Positions 36,813 through 47,547 of a stretch of 64,000 nt of DNA are shown in pieces. The stretch covers positions 4,256,001-4,320,000 of the forward strand of contig OZ253580.1 in the NCBI GenBank assembly GCA_965263035.1, read 5' to 3'. The notes beneath the pieces are model-generated. The model was not told the origin of the DNA. It made no database searches and worked only from the letters and a program-made list of their open reading frames with translations. The position numbers were made by a program, and so were the translations under genes. Within the stretch, counting starts at the first letter, position 1, and every line of letters starts with the position of its first letter. The DNA comes from Acidobacteriota bacterium (lineage in GTDB: Bacteria; Acidobacteriota; UBA6911; RPQK01; JAJDTT01).

Positions 36813-38276
36813 TCAATTCGAGGGGCGGGGTCGTCTGACGGTGCCGTCGCGGGTGATGGGAATCGACTGGGCCGCGGGCGTGGCGCCGGGCTCGTGGACG
36901 ATCCAATCGCCGACGCTCGCTCCTATTGGCCGCGGACCGGTCGGCCTCCTGGCTCCTTTGCCCGGCCGGTACCGGATCGACGACAGGTGCGGCGTCCGCA
37001 CCCTCTTCCCGCCCCGGCTTCGAGAGATCATGGCCGCCTCCAGTATGCCGGTGGTCAGGAGAGTTCGTTCCACGGGGTTGGGGGCGCGGCCCGAGACGAA
37101 GAAGTCTTCGATGTTGAGGCCGAGATAGCCGAATGCCGCGTGGGCAGGGCCACCGGCGATGTGGTATTCGAGGGCCTCGGTGGACGCTCCGCGTTGCTGG
37201 GCGTAAGCGAACTTTTGGACGTAGCCGTCTCCCAACATCAGGACCGCGGCCTCCAGGCCGTCCACGTATTCCACCAGGAAGAGATGGGGATCGACCACCT
37301 GCTTCGGGTCCAGCTGGCCCGGTCCGTCCTCGATCCGGCTCAGTGCCGCGTTGGCCAGGGGGAGTGACCATCGGCCCTGTTCGCCGGCGCGCCACACTTC
37401 TTCTCCCGACAGACATTGCACGGAGCGAACTCCGGTCTCCCCGCCGCGCCGCCGTTCGACGTTGGACTGCAGCACCTCGAGGGCGTGGAAGCCGTACCGC
37501 TCCACCATGTGAAAGCCGATGACGATCGCTCGGTCCACGGGCTGATCCAGGGGATGTTCCCAGTTGGGGTTCCGCCAGACGACAGGGAGAGCCGAACCGG
37601 CCCAGAGCGGGATGTTCTTCGCCCTGGCGGTCTCGTACATCCAGGCCGCATCGTCCCAGCGATAGGAGAAGTGCTTGTCGTTGTAAACCGGGATGGGCCG
37701 TCGCGCCTCGCCGATGACACCGGCAATCTGTTCGAAGAAATAGCGGCGCGGCAACATCTCCTGCCCCAACTCCGACCGCGGGTAGTCCCCGTGCTCCCCG
37801 ATCAGCAGCACGGCATCCACCGCCAACTTGTCCCCGCCCAGCGTCAGCGCCGCCCGGATGCTCTCGTACAGCGGGATGTCGAACTCGCGGGCGAGCTGGC
37901 GGCCCACGTCCCGCTCGTGAATCTGGTCGATGTACAACGAGGCGATCACGGACCGGGGTGGAATCAGGCCCTCGTCGGTGGGAAACCCGCGCAGGAATTT
38001 GTCGACGATGACCCCCGCATGGCTGTTGGGGAAGAAGGTGGTCACGATGGCGGCGATCCGGATCGGTTTCGAGCCGTTGCCGCCGTCCGCAGGAATGCTG
38101 GCCGGGTCGCTTCGTTTCGGCGAGAGGCTGGTTTCCTCTGCCGTAGAATCGGACTCTGACATCTCACTTCGATCCGAACTCGAGCAGGCGCCGGCGGATG
38201 CCGCCAGGATGGCTGCCAACAAAACGCCTGAAAAGGAACTTCCGGCGAACGCAGTCTTGCAGTGCGTCCCGGTCAA
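36813..38276 (-). CDS. Conserved hypothetical lipoprotein (Gfo/Idh/MocA-like fold suspected)
   Basis: Lipobox AGAC; LAVDAVLLIGEHGDYP, YNDKH, YGFHALE, ERTLLTTG. Confidence 0.7.
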   Translation of the reverse strand: MTGTHCKTAFAGSSFSGVLLAAILAASAGACSSSDRSEMSESDSTAEETSLSPKRSDPASIPADGGNGSKPIRIAAIVTTFFPNSHAGVIVDKFLRGFPTDEGLIPPRSVIASLYIDQIHERDVGRQLAREFDIPLYESIRAALTLGGDKLAVDAVLLIGEHGDYPRSELGQEMLPRRYFFEQIAGVIGEARRPIPVYNDKHFSYRWDDAAWMYETARAKNIPLWAGSALPVVWRNPNWEHPLDQPVDRAIVIGFHMVERYGFHALEVLQSNVERRRGGETGVRSVQCLSGEEVWRAGEQGRWSLPLANAALSRIEDGPGQLDPKQVVDPHLFLVEYVDGLEAAVLMLGDGYVQKFAYAQQRGASTEALEYHIAGGPAHAAFGYLGLNIEDFFVSGRAPNPVERTLLTTGILEAAMISRSRGGKRVRTPHLSSIRYRPGKGARRPTGPRPIGASVGDWIVHEPGATPAAQSIPITRDGTVRRPRPSN

Positions 38277-38311
38277 TAACTTTCCCCTTCGAGTCGACCG
38301 GACTCTTCGGT

Positions 38312-39787
38312 TTACCGGAACCTCAGCGAGAAAAGATCGGCGTCCTTCATCACGAAGCGCAGCCGCACCGGTTTGTCGCCGATCCGCCGCAGGGGCTCGT
38401 CAGTGGTGGCCTTGGAATGAGACCGCTCCCAGCGGACGGCGTGCTCGATCTCATCGCCCCAGATCAACGGGGATTCCTCCAAGGCAAAGCCCGGGAGCGG
38501 ATTGCCTTCGGCATCCTGAATCTCCAAGTGGATACTTCCGGCGGCCGAGGTGGCGAAGTTGAGGACCAGATTGTTTCCCTGGAACTGCAGTGGCTTGGTC
38601 AGCAGCTCACCGCCCCCGTAGCCGGCCTGAGCCGACGCGAAGCCGTCGGTACGGAGGACCATCCGCTCCAAGTGGGCACTGGGAGAAGTGTAGTGGCGGG
38701 ACACGTAGATCGATATCTCATCGTCGGCCGTGGGAAGCACTCCCGCCGCGATCATGGTGGTGCGGTGGACCCAACTCCTGGGGTTTCGCCCCGGCCGCAC
38801 GAAGGCCTCCATGAAGCGCCGGTCCCAGTGCACGCCGTCCCGGCTGGTCATGAAGACTCCCTCCGAGACGCCCGAGCCGGGAGCGTCCTCGTGATAGGTC
38901 CTCCACTGAACGTAACGTTTGGGAAAGGCCAGGTAGATTTGAGGCGCCCGGAAGTAGGGCCGGGTGGCGTTGGTGTAGAGCTGTTCCCGGGGAGTGTCGC
39001 CATAGTCGGCATACCGGCCCGGGGGCCAGTCGACGAAGTTCTCGGAATGAGAAAACTTGATGGTCCGGACGCCGTCGAGACCGTCCCGGTAGATGGCCGT
39101 GTACCGCTGCCGCACCGAATCCCAGAAGGCCACGTTCAGTGAATCGAAGGCGCCGTCGGTGATGATGGGCTTCTCTTGGATCTGGCTCCAGTGGATGCCG
39201 TCGGGAGAAACGAATCCCAGCAGGACCGGTTTTCCGTCGAGATTGCTCGAGCCCACGGCCTTGTATCGCTGCGAAGCGGGAGCATCGGGGTTCCCGTCCT
39301 TGAAGGGCGAGAAGTTATGGGCGCCGGACCGGTCGCCGCTCCAGATGATGTTGTTGTCCTTGGACCCTTCGAACTCGATCAGCCCCAAGGAGGGACGGGT
39401 CCAGCGGATTCCGTCGCGGCTCTCGGCGTAGCAGGCCACCTGTTCGTGCTGAGGAATGACATTCTCGCCCGGTTTCATCAGCGAGGGCACGGTGTATCCG
39501 CCATGGCTGCTGCCCCGGTAGTACATCCTGAAGAGGTCGCCGTCCTTGAAGACCGTATGGTAGGCGCTCGTCGTCCCTTCCCAGGGCTTGTCGTATTTCA
39601 GAACCGTCCCCGCCGGCTGAGGCGTGTGAAGCTGGAGCCGGACTCCGTCCATGGACTCGATGAGATAGTCGTCCACGAAGAGTTCCAGCCGGGATCCGAG
39701 CTGGAGTGGCGAGGCGGCATCCGCTCCCGCCAGGACCTGCCCGAATGACACCAGAATCAAGACCATCGCGCCCATTGTTTGTTGCAT
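38312..39787 (-). CDS. Secreted glycosidase-like beta-propeller protein
   Basis: ELFVDDYLIE, YAESRDGIRW, S.DG.HW, LRTDGFAS, DADLFSLRF. The ORF-track N-terminal extension is rejected. Confidence 0.8.
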   Translation of the reverse strand: MQQTMGAMVLILVSFGQVLAGADAASPLQLGSRLELFVDDYLIESMDGVRLQLHTPQPAGTVLKYDKPWEGTTSAYHTVFKDGDLFRMYYRGSSHGGYTVPSLMKPGENVIPQHEQVACYAESRDGIRWTRPSLGLIEFEGSKDNNIIWSGDRSGAHNFSPFKDGNPDAPASQRYKAVGSSNLDGKPVLLGFVSPDGIHWSQIQEKPIITDGAFDSLNVAFWDSVRQRYTAIYRDGLDGVRTIKFSHSENFVDWPPGRYADYGDTPREQLYTNATRPYFRAPQIYLAFPKRYVQWRTYHEDAPGSGVSEGVFMTSRDGVHWDRRFMEAFVRPGRNPRSWVHRTTMIAAGVLPTADDEISIYVSRHYTSPSAHLERMVLRTDGFASAQAGYGGGELLTKPLQFQGNNLVLNFATSAAGSIHLEIQDAEGNPLPGFALEESPLIWGDEIEHAVRWERSHSKATTDEPLRRIGDKPVRLRFVMKDADLFSLRFR

Positions 39788-39871
39788 TACAGGCTTCCCC
39801 CTCACTTTCATCTGCAATTCCCGATTCTCTTGCACAGTTACAATCTTTATCATGACATGGGGAGGGAAGAA

Positions 39872-41719
39872 ATGGCCGCAACTATTCCAAGTCCGAAGAA
39901 AATCGGCACCACTGCAATCTGCATCGCTCTGGGGCTCGTGACCGGGTCGTTGGCCCTGGCGCGGCCCTCGATCGACATCTCCACGCCGATGCCTCCGCCG
40001 GCCTGGGCCCTGGCCCAGTGGACCCTGATCGATTCCAACGCCGAGGCGGCGTTCGTGGCGGCCGCCAAGTACGTCGACGACCGCGGCTGGATGCGCATCA
40101 CCCCCAACTGGGGCGCCATGGACGGCGCCGACGACGTCACGGAGACCTACCGCGACCTGCCCATCCTCTACATGCTGGGGGCGCCGCCCGAGATCCTGGC
40201 GTTGCACAAGAAGATCTGGGAGGGACATCTCGACCAGTACACCGAAGCCCGGGAACCCATGGTGGCGGCGGCCAAGGACGGCATGCTCTACCGGGAGTTC
40301 TGTCCGCAACTCGACTGGGAGCACACGGGCGAGGGGATGGCTCCCTGGTATTGGTACGGCCTCGCCCACCCGCAAGACCCTCAATACCTGATCCGGGCCC
40401 GGCGCTTTGCCGGGTTCTACATGAACGAAGATCCCGGCGCGCCCAACTACGATCCGGAGCAGAAGATCATTCGGAGCCTGTTCAACGGCAGCCGGGGGCC
40501 GTTGCTGACGCCGGCTACGGAGTATGACTGGGGAGGGAACCCGCGACCCCGTCACGACCCGCGGCCGGGGCAACCCCCGCGAACCGAACGCTGGACCCGA
40601 TTGGGGTACACGGTCAAACTGAGCGGCGACCACCCGCAGAACCTGCTGGCGACGAACCTGGCCATGACCGCGTACCTGTTGACCGGGGAGAAGAAGTACC
40701 GGGACTGGATTCTGGAGTACGTCGATGCCTGGGTCGAGAGGACAGCCCGAAACGGAGGCAACCTTCCCAGCAACATCGGCCTGGACGGGTCCATCGGAGG
40801 CGAGTGGGACGGGAAATGGTGGCGCGGAGTCTACGGATGGAACTTCCGTCCCAAGTCCGATGACGGATCGGACAATCCGGGCAACAACTACGTGATGCGG
40901 GGCGCCCGGGTCGGTTTCGGGATCGCGTTCCTCCTCACCGGCGACCGCAAGTACGCGGACACGCTGAGAACGCAGATCGAGAACATGTACGCGGCGCAGA
41001 AGGTCATCGACGGCCGCGTCATGGTTCCGCACAAATACGGCGACGACGGTTGGTACGCTTACATCGACAACAGCGCTCGCCGCGGCGGGAACGTCAATTT
41101 CTGGTCGCTTCCGGAGCTGACCGACATCTACACCTGGACCCTGGAGGAGGCCGACCTGCCCCGAGTCGCGGAAGAGCCCTGGGTCCGCTACCTGCAGGGT
41201 CAGGCGCCGGGCTTTCCCATGGAGGCGATGGCAAGAGATCTGGATGTGATCCGAAGTCAGGTTCAAAAGGTGCGGATGGATTCCCGTACGGCGGATACTC
41301 GACAGTCCGCCGACATGCCGGTGGTCACCTCGGTGGGCAGCCTCCACAACCTCATGCTCGGAGCCAACGACCCGGGCAGCGGCGGCAACGTGGTCCATGC
41401 GCAGCTCCGCTATTTCGACGCCGAGGAGCGGAGGCCGGGGCTGCCCCGCGATGTCGGGGCGCTGGTGGAGCAGATCCGCCCCGGCGGCGTCACTCTCCTA
41501 CTGGTGAATACCAACCCGGTGAAGAGCCGCACGCTGGTGGTACAGACCGGGGGGTACGCGGAACACGATGCGGTGGCGGTCACGGTAGCCGAGAAACGAA
41601 TCGAGGTGGGAGACTCGCAGTTCACCGTCCGCCTGGAGGCCGGCGCCGGCTCGCGCCTCTCGATTCAGATGCGGCGCTATGTGAACCAGCCCACGTTTAC
41701 GTTTCCGTGGCAGCGGTGA
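39872..41719 (+). CDS. Secreted conserved hypothetical protein
   Basis: RBS, signal peptide ALA, Trp/Gly-rich 615-aa ORF with backbone-like GC3 bias. Confidence 0.75.
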   Translation: MAATIPSPKKIGTTAICIALGLVTGSLALARPSIDISTPMPPPAWALAQWTLIDSNAEAAFVAAAKYVDDRGWMRITPNWGAMDGADDVTETYRDLPILYMLGAPPEILALHKKIWEGHLDQYTEAREPMVAAAKDGMLYREFCPQLDWEHTGEGMAPWYWYGLAHPQDPQYLIRARRFAGFYMNEDPGAPNYDPEQKIIRSLFNGSRGPLLTPATEYDWGGNPRPRHDPRPGQPPRTERWTRLGYTVKLSGDHPQNLLATNLAMTAYLLTGEKKYRDWILEYVDAWVERTARNGGNLPSNIGLDGSIGGEWDGKWWRGVYGWNFRPKSDDGSDNPGNNYVMRGARVGFGIAFLLTGDRKYADTLRTQIENMYAAQKVIDGRVMVPHKYGDDGWYAYIDNSARRGGNVNFWSLPELTDIYTWTLEEADLPRVAEEPWVRYLQGQAPGFPMEAMARDLDVIRSQVQKVRMDSRTADTRQSADMPVVTSVGSLHNLMLGANDPGSGGNVVHAQLRYFDAEERRPGLPRDVGALVEQIRPGGVTLLLVNTNPVKSRTLVVQTGGYAEHDAVAVTVAEKRIEVGDSQFTVRLEAGAGSRLSIQMRRYVNQPTFTFPWQR

Positions 41720-41740
41720 GGGTCGGAGCGCCCGGCGGAG

Positions 41741-43417
41741 TCAATCAATCGCAGCGGCGTGCCGGCCTGCCGCCGGATCCCCCGCGGCGTGGATGAGTCC
41801 CTTCTCCTGATCGATGTAGATCATCACCGGCCGGGCGATGTAGCCGTCGGTGGTGGTCAGGCGGTGCCCCTGCCGCTTCAATTCCTCCTGGACTTCCTGG
41901 GTGACGCCGCTGTGGACCTGCAGGCTGCCCGCCTTGATGAAAGCCTCGTCGCGGTTCGGATTCGGGTCGAAGGAATTCTGGTGGTGATCCGTGTTGAAGC
42001 GGGACGCGGTCACCGCCTTTTCCGGAAGCATGCCGAATTCCACGTGGTTCAGAAGCACGTTCAAAGTGGTCTGATCCTGCAGGTCGCCTCCCGCCACGCT
42101 GATGGCGATGACCGGCTTGCCGTCCCGGGTGACCAGGGTGGGCGTCAGGGTGATCCGGGGCCGCTTTCCCGGCTGGATGCGATTGGGATGGCCCCGGGTG
42201 GTGTTCAGGCTCCGGAGACGGTTCCCAGTGGTGACGCCCGAAGGTCCGGGGAGGTTGCCCGACAGGTTGCAGCTGGGAGTGGCGGCCACCACGTTGCCCC
42301 ACTTGTCCGCCACCACGCAGGTGGTGGTGTCGCTGATGGGGATCCGATTCGGATTGTTCCCGGCCCGCATCATCCCCTTGAGCGGCTTCATGTGGTGGGG
42401 ATCTCCCGGCCGGCGCTCCAGGGACGCTCGATTCGGATCGATCAGTGACCGGCGGACCCGCGCATACTCCCGCGACAGGAGGGCCTTCATGGGGACCCGG
42501 GCGAAGAGGGGATCTCCGTAGTATTCGTCCCGGTCGGCGAAGGCCAGCTTCAACGACTCGGTGAGGGTGTGGATGTAGCCGGACGAGAGATGCCCCATCC
42601 GCTTCAGGTCGAAGCCCTCAAGCAATCTGAGGGCTTGGCACAGGGCCGGTCCCTGGGTCCAGGATGGGCATTTGTAGACGGTGTAGCCCCGGTAGTCCAC
42701 CGAGACCGGATCCTCGACCCGGGTCACATGGGCCGCCAGATCCTTCTTCCGGAGGAAAGAGCCGGTGGCGATGTACCATGCCTCGAGCTCGTCGGCCACG
42801 TCCCCTTTGTAGAAGCGGTCCCGGGCCGCGGTCAGCTTCTCTTCCCGGCTTCCGCTGGCCTTCCGCTCGGCGTCCACCAGTTTCCGGAAGGTAACGGCCA
42901 ACTTGGGATGCCACTCTTCCGATCCGGCGTCCAGGATCTCCAGCACCGGGGCCGACGCTTCCGCGAAGGACTTGGTGCCATAGAGCTTTAGGGCGGTGAT
43001 GCAAAGGTCCACGGCACCGGGCGTCGGCGCGGCCTTCATGCTGCCCTGGGCCGGGATCGTGTTGGCGTAGTACCAGTCGATGGCGGCTTGATCCAGCGGG
43101 GCCCGTCCCAGGCCGGAGAGGACCTTCACCTCCTCCTTCTTGGCGTCGTAGATCAGGAAAGGGATTTCGCCGCCGATGGCGAACATCCCGTAGTCGGTCA
43201 CCGAGAGTGCCAGCAGGGTGGCGGCGGCCGCATCGGCGGCGTTCCCGCCTGCTTCCAGCATCCGGATGCCGGCTGCCACCGCGTCGGGGTGTCCGGCCGC
43301 CACGGCGCCTCCCGTGCCCGAGGCCTTCCAACTGATGTGGCCCGAAGCCCAGCCGGTTCCCACCAGACACGCCAGGATCCCGGGCAGAATCAATAAAACC
43401 AGTGTCGAGTTGCGCAT
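41741..43417 (-). CDS. ggt: Gamma-glutamyltransferase family protein
   Basis: GGNAADAA, FYKGDVA, KLAFADR, DTT nucleophile, PGKRPRITLTP, GGDLQ. Confidence 0.9.
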   Translation of the reverse strand: MRNSTLVLLILPGILACLVGTGWASGHISWKASGTGGAVAAGHPDAVAAGIRMLEAGGNAADAAAATLLALSVTDYGMFAIGGEIPFLIYDAKKEEVKVLSGLGRAPLDQAAIDWYYANTIPAQGSMKAAPTPGAVDLCITALKLYGTKSFAEASAPVLEILDAGSEEWHPKLAVTFRKLVDAERKASGSREEKLTAARDRFYKGDVADELEAWYIATGSFLRKKDLAAHVTRVEDPVSVDYRGYTVYKCPSWTQGPALCQALRLLEGFDLKRMGHLSSGYIHTLTESLKLAFADRDEYYGDPLFARVPMKALLSREYARVRRSLIDPNRASLERRPGDPHHMKPLKGMMRAGNNPNRIPISDTTTCVVADKWGNVVAATPSCNLSGNLPGPSGVTTGNRLRSLNTTRGHPNRIQPGKRPRITLTPTLVTRDGKPVIAISVAGGDLQDQTTLNVLLNHVEFGMLPEKAVTASRFNTDHHQNSFDPNPNRDEAFIKAGSLQVHSGVTQEVQEELKRQGHRLTTTDGYIARPVMIYIDQEKGLIHAAGDPAAGRHAAAID

Positions 43418-43677
43418 GATCCAATCTCCCATCCGGCTCCGGTTGTACACCAGGAGACGGGCTCCGGCAAGGAAAGAGGAGAGAGAAAAGAGAGCAAGAG
43501 GACCGAGAGAAGCTCCTCCACTGGCTGGGTTCGGCGGAGTCATCGGAGAAACAAGGTAACGAGTTGATCTGGCTCAAGTGCGCTCGTCAGGATGACTGCG
43601 CGTCCCCTTACCCGCAACACGAACCCCTCCGCTTCCGTCTTCGCTCTTTCCTCTTTCCTCTTTCCTCGGAAGCGGGG

Positions 43678-45216
43678 TCAGTTACGGAACCGGATCGAGT
43701 AGAGGTCGGCGTCCTTCATGACGAACCGGAGCCGAATCGGCTTGCCGGAGAGTGAGCCGACGTCAGGGCCATTCTTCCAGTGGACCACCCGTTCCAGGTG
43801 ATCCCCGAAGATCTCGGGACAGTCGTCCAAGGTGTAACCGGGTAGGGGCCTCCCGCCGGCGTCCTGGATCTCCACCCGCACGCTCCCGGCGACGGAAGTG
43901 GAGAAATTCATTTCCAGCCGGTGGCCCCTGAACCTGAGGGGCCGGGTGGTGAACTCGCCCCCTTTGGCGGGAGCGTTGACGGAGACGAAGCCGTCCACTC
44001 GAATAATGAAGCGGCGCAGATTGGTGTAGGCCCCTCTCCAATAGTGCTCGGTGGCATAGATGGAGATTTCATCGGGGGCGCCCGGCAGGTCCGACTTGGT
44101 CTCGATCAGCCCCCAGTTCTGGTAGTTGTCGCCGTAGACCCAGTTGTCGGTGTAACGCAGCCCCGGCCGGATGAAGGCTTCCCCCCAGCGATGGAACACC
44201 TGGCCGTCGCGGCTGCTCATGAAGAGCCCGTCGGTCACAGCGGTGCCGTACCGCTGCGAGGTCCTCTTTGTGCCCGATGCGGTGGTGTAGCTGCTGAGAT
44301 TGGCCCGGGCCAGGCGTTCCTTCAGCTCCGGCAGCGCCCTCATGGCGTCGGACCAGCCGCGGTCCAGATAGCGGGCCGGAAAACCCAGGTAGATGTGGGG
44401 CGCCCGGTAGTAGGGAATGATGTTGTTGGTGTAGAGCTGCTCGGACGGCGCTCCCGGGTACTCGAGCCACTCCCCGGGCGTCCAATGGATGTAATCCTGG
44501 GAGGTGGCGGTCTTGATGTCCCGAACGCCGTTTCTGAAATCCCGGTAGTAGGCCCGGTAATGGCCCTTTCGATGGTCCCAGAAGGCCAGGTTGTGGCTGT
44601 CGAAAGCACCGTCGGTCAGGACCGGTTCATTGCCGACCGGGGACCAGTGGATGCCGTCGGCCGACTGGGCGGCCATGAGGCCGCCGTTGCCGTTGTAGAA
44701 GGCCTTGTAGCGGGCCTCCGGGGGGCAATCGGGATTGGTGTCCTTGAACGCCCCCCAATTGTCCAGTTTCTCACTGGCCCAGACGATGTTGTTCTTCTTG
44801 GAACCGTTGAACTCGAACAGTCCCACCTCCGGCCGGACCCAGTTCTTGCCGTCCTTGCTCTCGGCGTAGGCAATCAGGACGTCATGGACGGGAATGCTTG
44901 AGGGTTCGTGAGCCCAGGCATCGTAGTACATCCGGAAGAGATCCCCGTCCTGAAAGATGGAGTAGTAGTTGCAGCCGTTGCCCTCCCACAGCTTGTCGTG
45001 GTGTATCACGATCTCTTTGGGCATGGGATGGTGGAGTTGCAGCCGCACTCCGGACAAGTTCTCGATCAGGTAGCCGTCGACGAACAGCTCACGCTTCGAG
45101 CCCATGTCCATGACCGCGTTCTCCTGGGCCGTGGCGGGCACCCACAGCAGCAGGATGACAATGGGAGCCGCGAGCGCCCGAGACGCAGGTCGACGACGCG
45201 GATTGCATGAGATCAT
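43678..45216 (-). CDS. Secreted glycosidase-like beta-propeller protein (paralog of 38312-39787)
   Basis: ELFVDGYLIE, YAESKDG, FDSHNLAFWD, RVDGFVS, DADLYSIRF. Confidence 0.8.
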   Translation of the reverse strand: MISCNPRRRPASRALAAPIVILLLWVPATAQENAVMDMGSKRELFVDGYLIENLSGVRLQLHHPMPKEIVIHHDKLWEGNGCNYYSIFQDGDLFRMYYDAWAHEPSSIPVHDVLIAYAESKDGKNWVRPEVGLFEFNGSKKNNIVWASEKLDNWGAFKDTNPDCPPEARYKAFYNGNGGLMAAQSADGIHWSPVGNEPVLTDGAFDSHNLAFWDHRKGHYRAYYRDFRNGVRDIKTATSQDYIHWTPGEWLEYPGAPSEQLYTNNIIPYYRAPHIYLGFPARYLDRGWSDAMRALPELKERLARANLSSYTTASGTKRTSQRYGTAVTDGLFMSSRDGQVFHRWGEAFIRPGLRYTDNWVYGDNYQNWGLIETKSDLPGAPDEISIYATEHYWRGAYTNLRRFIIRVDGFVSVNAPAKGGEFTTRPLRFRGHRLEMNFSTSVAGSVRVEIQDAGGRPLPGYTLDDCPEIFGDHLERVVHWKNGPDVGSLSGKPIRLRFVMKDADLYSIRFRN

Positions 45217-45312
45217 TTTCGTCCTCCCCGAATGGTCCAAATGCCTATCGTACACTTCCGGCGGCGGTCAATTCGCCAAATTCCCAATTCGTAATTCGTA
45301 ATTGCCGCCAGT

Positions 45313-46446
45313 ATGATGTCGCCCATGAACGTGGGGGTGGTGGGCGGCGGCATATTCGGTCTGGCCGCCGCACTGGAGTTGCTCGACCGGGGGCACCGGG
45401 TGACCGTTCTGGAACGGGAGGGAATTCCCGGGAGCCGCGCCAGTTCCAACGACGTCTCCAAGGTCATCCGCCGGATCGGCTATCAGCACGAAACCTACGT
45501 TGAGCTGGTCGAGCGAGCCGACTGCCAGTGGAGGATCTGGCAGGAACAGGTCGGCGGGTCATTCCTTTTCCGAACGGGACAGGTGTCGATCGTCAGCGGG
45601 TCTTCTCACTACACGTCTCACTATCGGACCTGGTCGGGCCCGGACCTGACCGCGGACAGTTCCCAATATTTGTCCGCGAAGGAAGCTCGCACCCGATTTC
45701 CCCAATTCCGCTATCTCGAAGACGACACCGTTCGCTACGACCCCTGGACCGGTTACTTGCGCAGTGGGCAGGCGGTGGCCGATCTGGCTGGTCTGGCGCA
45801 AGCCCGGGGCATCGAGATTCGGCCCGAGTTCCCGGTCGCCGAACTCGAGGAGACAGGTGCTACCGTACATGTCCGCTCGGGGGCGGAGGTGCTGACCTTC
45901 GACCGCGTCGTGGCGGCCGCCGGCGCCTGGATCGTCCAGCTCTGGCCGGGACTCGCGCAGCACCTGTATCTCACCCGGAACCAGATGGTCTTTTTCATTC
46001 CCCGGGACCGGGAGCTCTTCAGCCGGCAGAAGCTTCCCATCTGGTCCGTGAACACGGGTCAAGAGGCCTGGTATGGGTTTCCCATGCTTGCGGAGGGCTA
46101 TGTCAAGGTCGCCGACGACCTCAAGGACGACGAGACCCATCCGGAAGTGGAGCGCACCAACACCGATCGCTTCATCGAACGGGTCTCCCGATTTGTCCAG
46201 GAGCGCATGCCCGGCTTGCACGGCGCCGAGATGGTGGGCGGGCGCTCCTGTCTGTACACCAACACTCCGGACGACCATTTCGTGATCGACTGGGCCCCCG
46301 GCTCCCGGAACATCCTGATCGCCGGTTGCGGCAGCGGTCACGGCTTCAAGTTCGGCGGTTCCATCGGACCCGTCATCGCCGACGCATTGGAGGAAAAGCA
46401 CAATCCCCTGGGGGATCTGTTTCGGATCGGCACTCGTTTCGATTAG
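45313..46446 (+). CDS. FAD-dependent oxidoreductase (sarcosine/fructosyl-amino acid oxidase family)
   Basis: VVGGGIFG, ASSND.SK.IR, CLYTNTPDDHFVID, SGHGFKF. Confidence 0.9.
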   Translation: MMSPMNVGVVGGGIFGLAAALELLDRGHRVTVLEREGIPGSRASSNDVSKVIRRIGYQHETYVELVERADCQWRIWQEQVGGSFLFRTGQVSIVSGSSHYTSHYRTWSGPDLTADSSQYLSAKEARTRFPQFRYLEDDTVRYDPWTGYLRSGQAVADLAGLAQARGIEIRPEFPVAELEETGATVHVRSGAEVLTFDRVVAAAGAWIVQLWPGLAQHLYLTRNQMVFFIPRDRELFSRQKLPIWSVNTGQEAWYGFPMLAEGYVKVADDLKDDETHPEVERTNTDRFIERVSRFVQERMPGLHGAEMVGGRSCLYTNTPDDHFVIDWAPGSRNILIAGCGSGHGFKFGGSIGPVIADALEEKHNPLGDLFRIGTRFD

Positions 46447-46506
46447 GTGTCGCTTCGAAACGACCTCCATGATCGCGCGGGGGAATTCGTCACGGGAGGG
46501 CAGGAC

Positions 46507-47508
46507 ATGAGTGAGCGGGCCAAAGCACTTTACGATAACGCCATCGTCATCGACGGTCTGAATGTGAGCAATTGGGACAGTCCGGCGGTGTACGCCAACT
46601 TGCAAAAGGGCCGCATCACCGCCATCAGCGCCACCCTGGCGACTTGGGAGGGCTTTCAGGAGACGATGGGCTACGTCGCCGGATGGCTACGCCGCTTTCG
46701 GGAACGGGACGACATCGTCCAGGTCAAGAGCGCGGAGGACATCCGGCAGGCGAAGCGGACCGGTCAAACCGGCGTCATCCTCAGCTTCCAGAACGCCTCC
46801 CCCATCGAGAACGACCTGGATCGGTTGGCGCTCTTTCACGCGTTGGGGGTCAAGGTCATTCAGTTGACCTACCACGAACGGAATCTGCTGGGAAACGGTT
46901 GCTTCGAGCGCCGCGACGACGGGTTGAGCAATTTCGGCATGGATGCGGTCCGGGAGATGAACCGCCTGGGGATTCTCATCGATCTCTCCCACGTGGGGGA
47001 CCGGACGACGCTGGAGGCCATCGAGGCTTCGGAAAAACCCGTGACCGTCACCCACGCCAACGCGCGAGCCTTTTACGACCATCCCCGGAACAAGCAGGAT
47101 GAGGCGCTGAAACGTTTGGCGGAAAAGGGCGGGGTCGTGGGCACGACCCCCTTCTGCAATTTTCTGCCGAAGCGATTCGAGTCGACTCTCGAGGACTACA
47201 TCGACGCCGTCGACGACATGGTGCAGAGGATCGGCATCGATCACGTGGCGGTGGGAACCGACAATACCCAGGATCAGCCGCTCTCCTTCTGGCGTTACAT
47301 CTCCTCGCAGCAGGGAACGCGCTACCCGTCGACCTTCAGTGACACGTCCCTGGACTATGAAAACCTCTCCTTCCAGCCCAAAGGTCTGGAGGGGCCGCAC
47401 GAGTTTCCCAATCTGGCGGAGGCTCTGCTGAACCGGGGGTACTCGGACGAGGACACGCTGAAGATCCTGGGTGGAAACTGGATGCGGATCTTCGAAGAAG
47501 TTTGGTAG
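46507..47508 (+). CDS. Membrane dipeptidase (peptidase M19)
   Basis: IDGL, QLTY...N, MNRLGILIDLSH, HAN..HPRNK, GGNWMR. Confidence 0.9.
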   Translation: MSERAKALYDNAIVIDGLNVSNWDSPAVYANLQKGRITAISATLATWEGFQETMGYVAGWLRRFRERDDIVQVKSAEDIRQAKRTGQTGVILSFQNASPIENDLDRLALFHALGVKVIQLTYHERNLLGNGCFERRDDGLSNFGMDAVREMNRLGILIDLSHVGDRTTLEAIEASEKPVTVTHANARAFYDHPRNKQDEALKRLAEKGGVVGTTPFCNFLPKRFESTLEDYIDAVDDMVQRIGIDHVAVGTDNTQDQPLSFWRYISSQQGTRYPSTFSDTSLDYENLSFQPKGLEGPHEFPNLAEALLNRGYSDEDTLKILGGNWMRIFEEVW

Positions 47509-47547
47509 CCGGCGATCGATGGGTTGCCGGGTTCAGGGACTCAACCC

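Noticed and set aside
39812-41398. N-terminal half of the 1028-aa minus-strand ORF
   Set aside because: It is the antisense shadow of the 39872-41719 gene; the real protein starts near 39787-39811.
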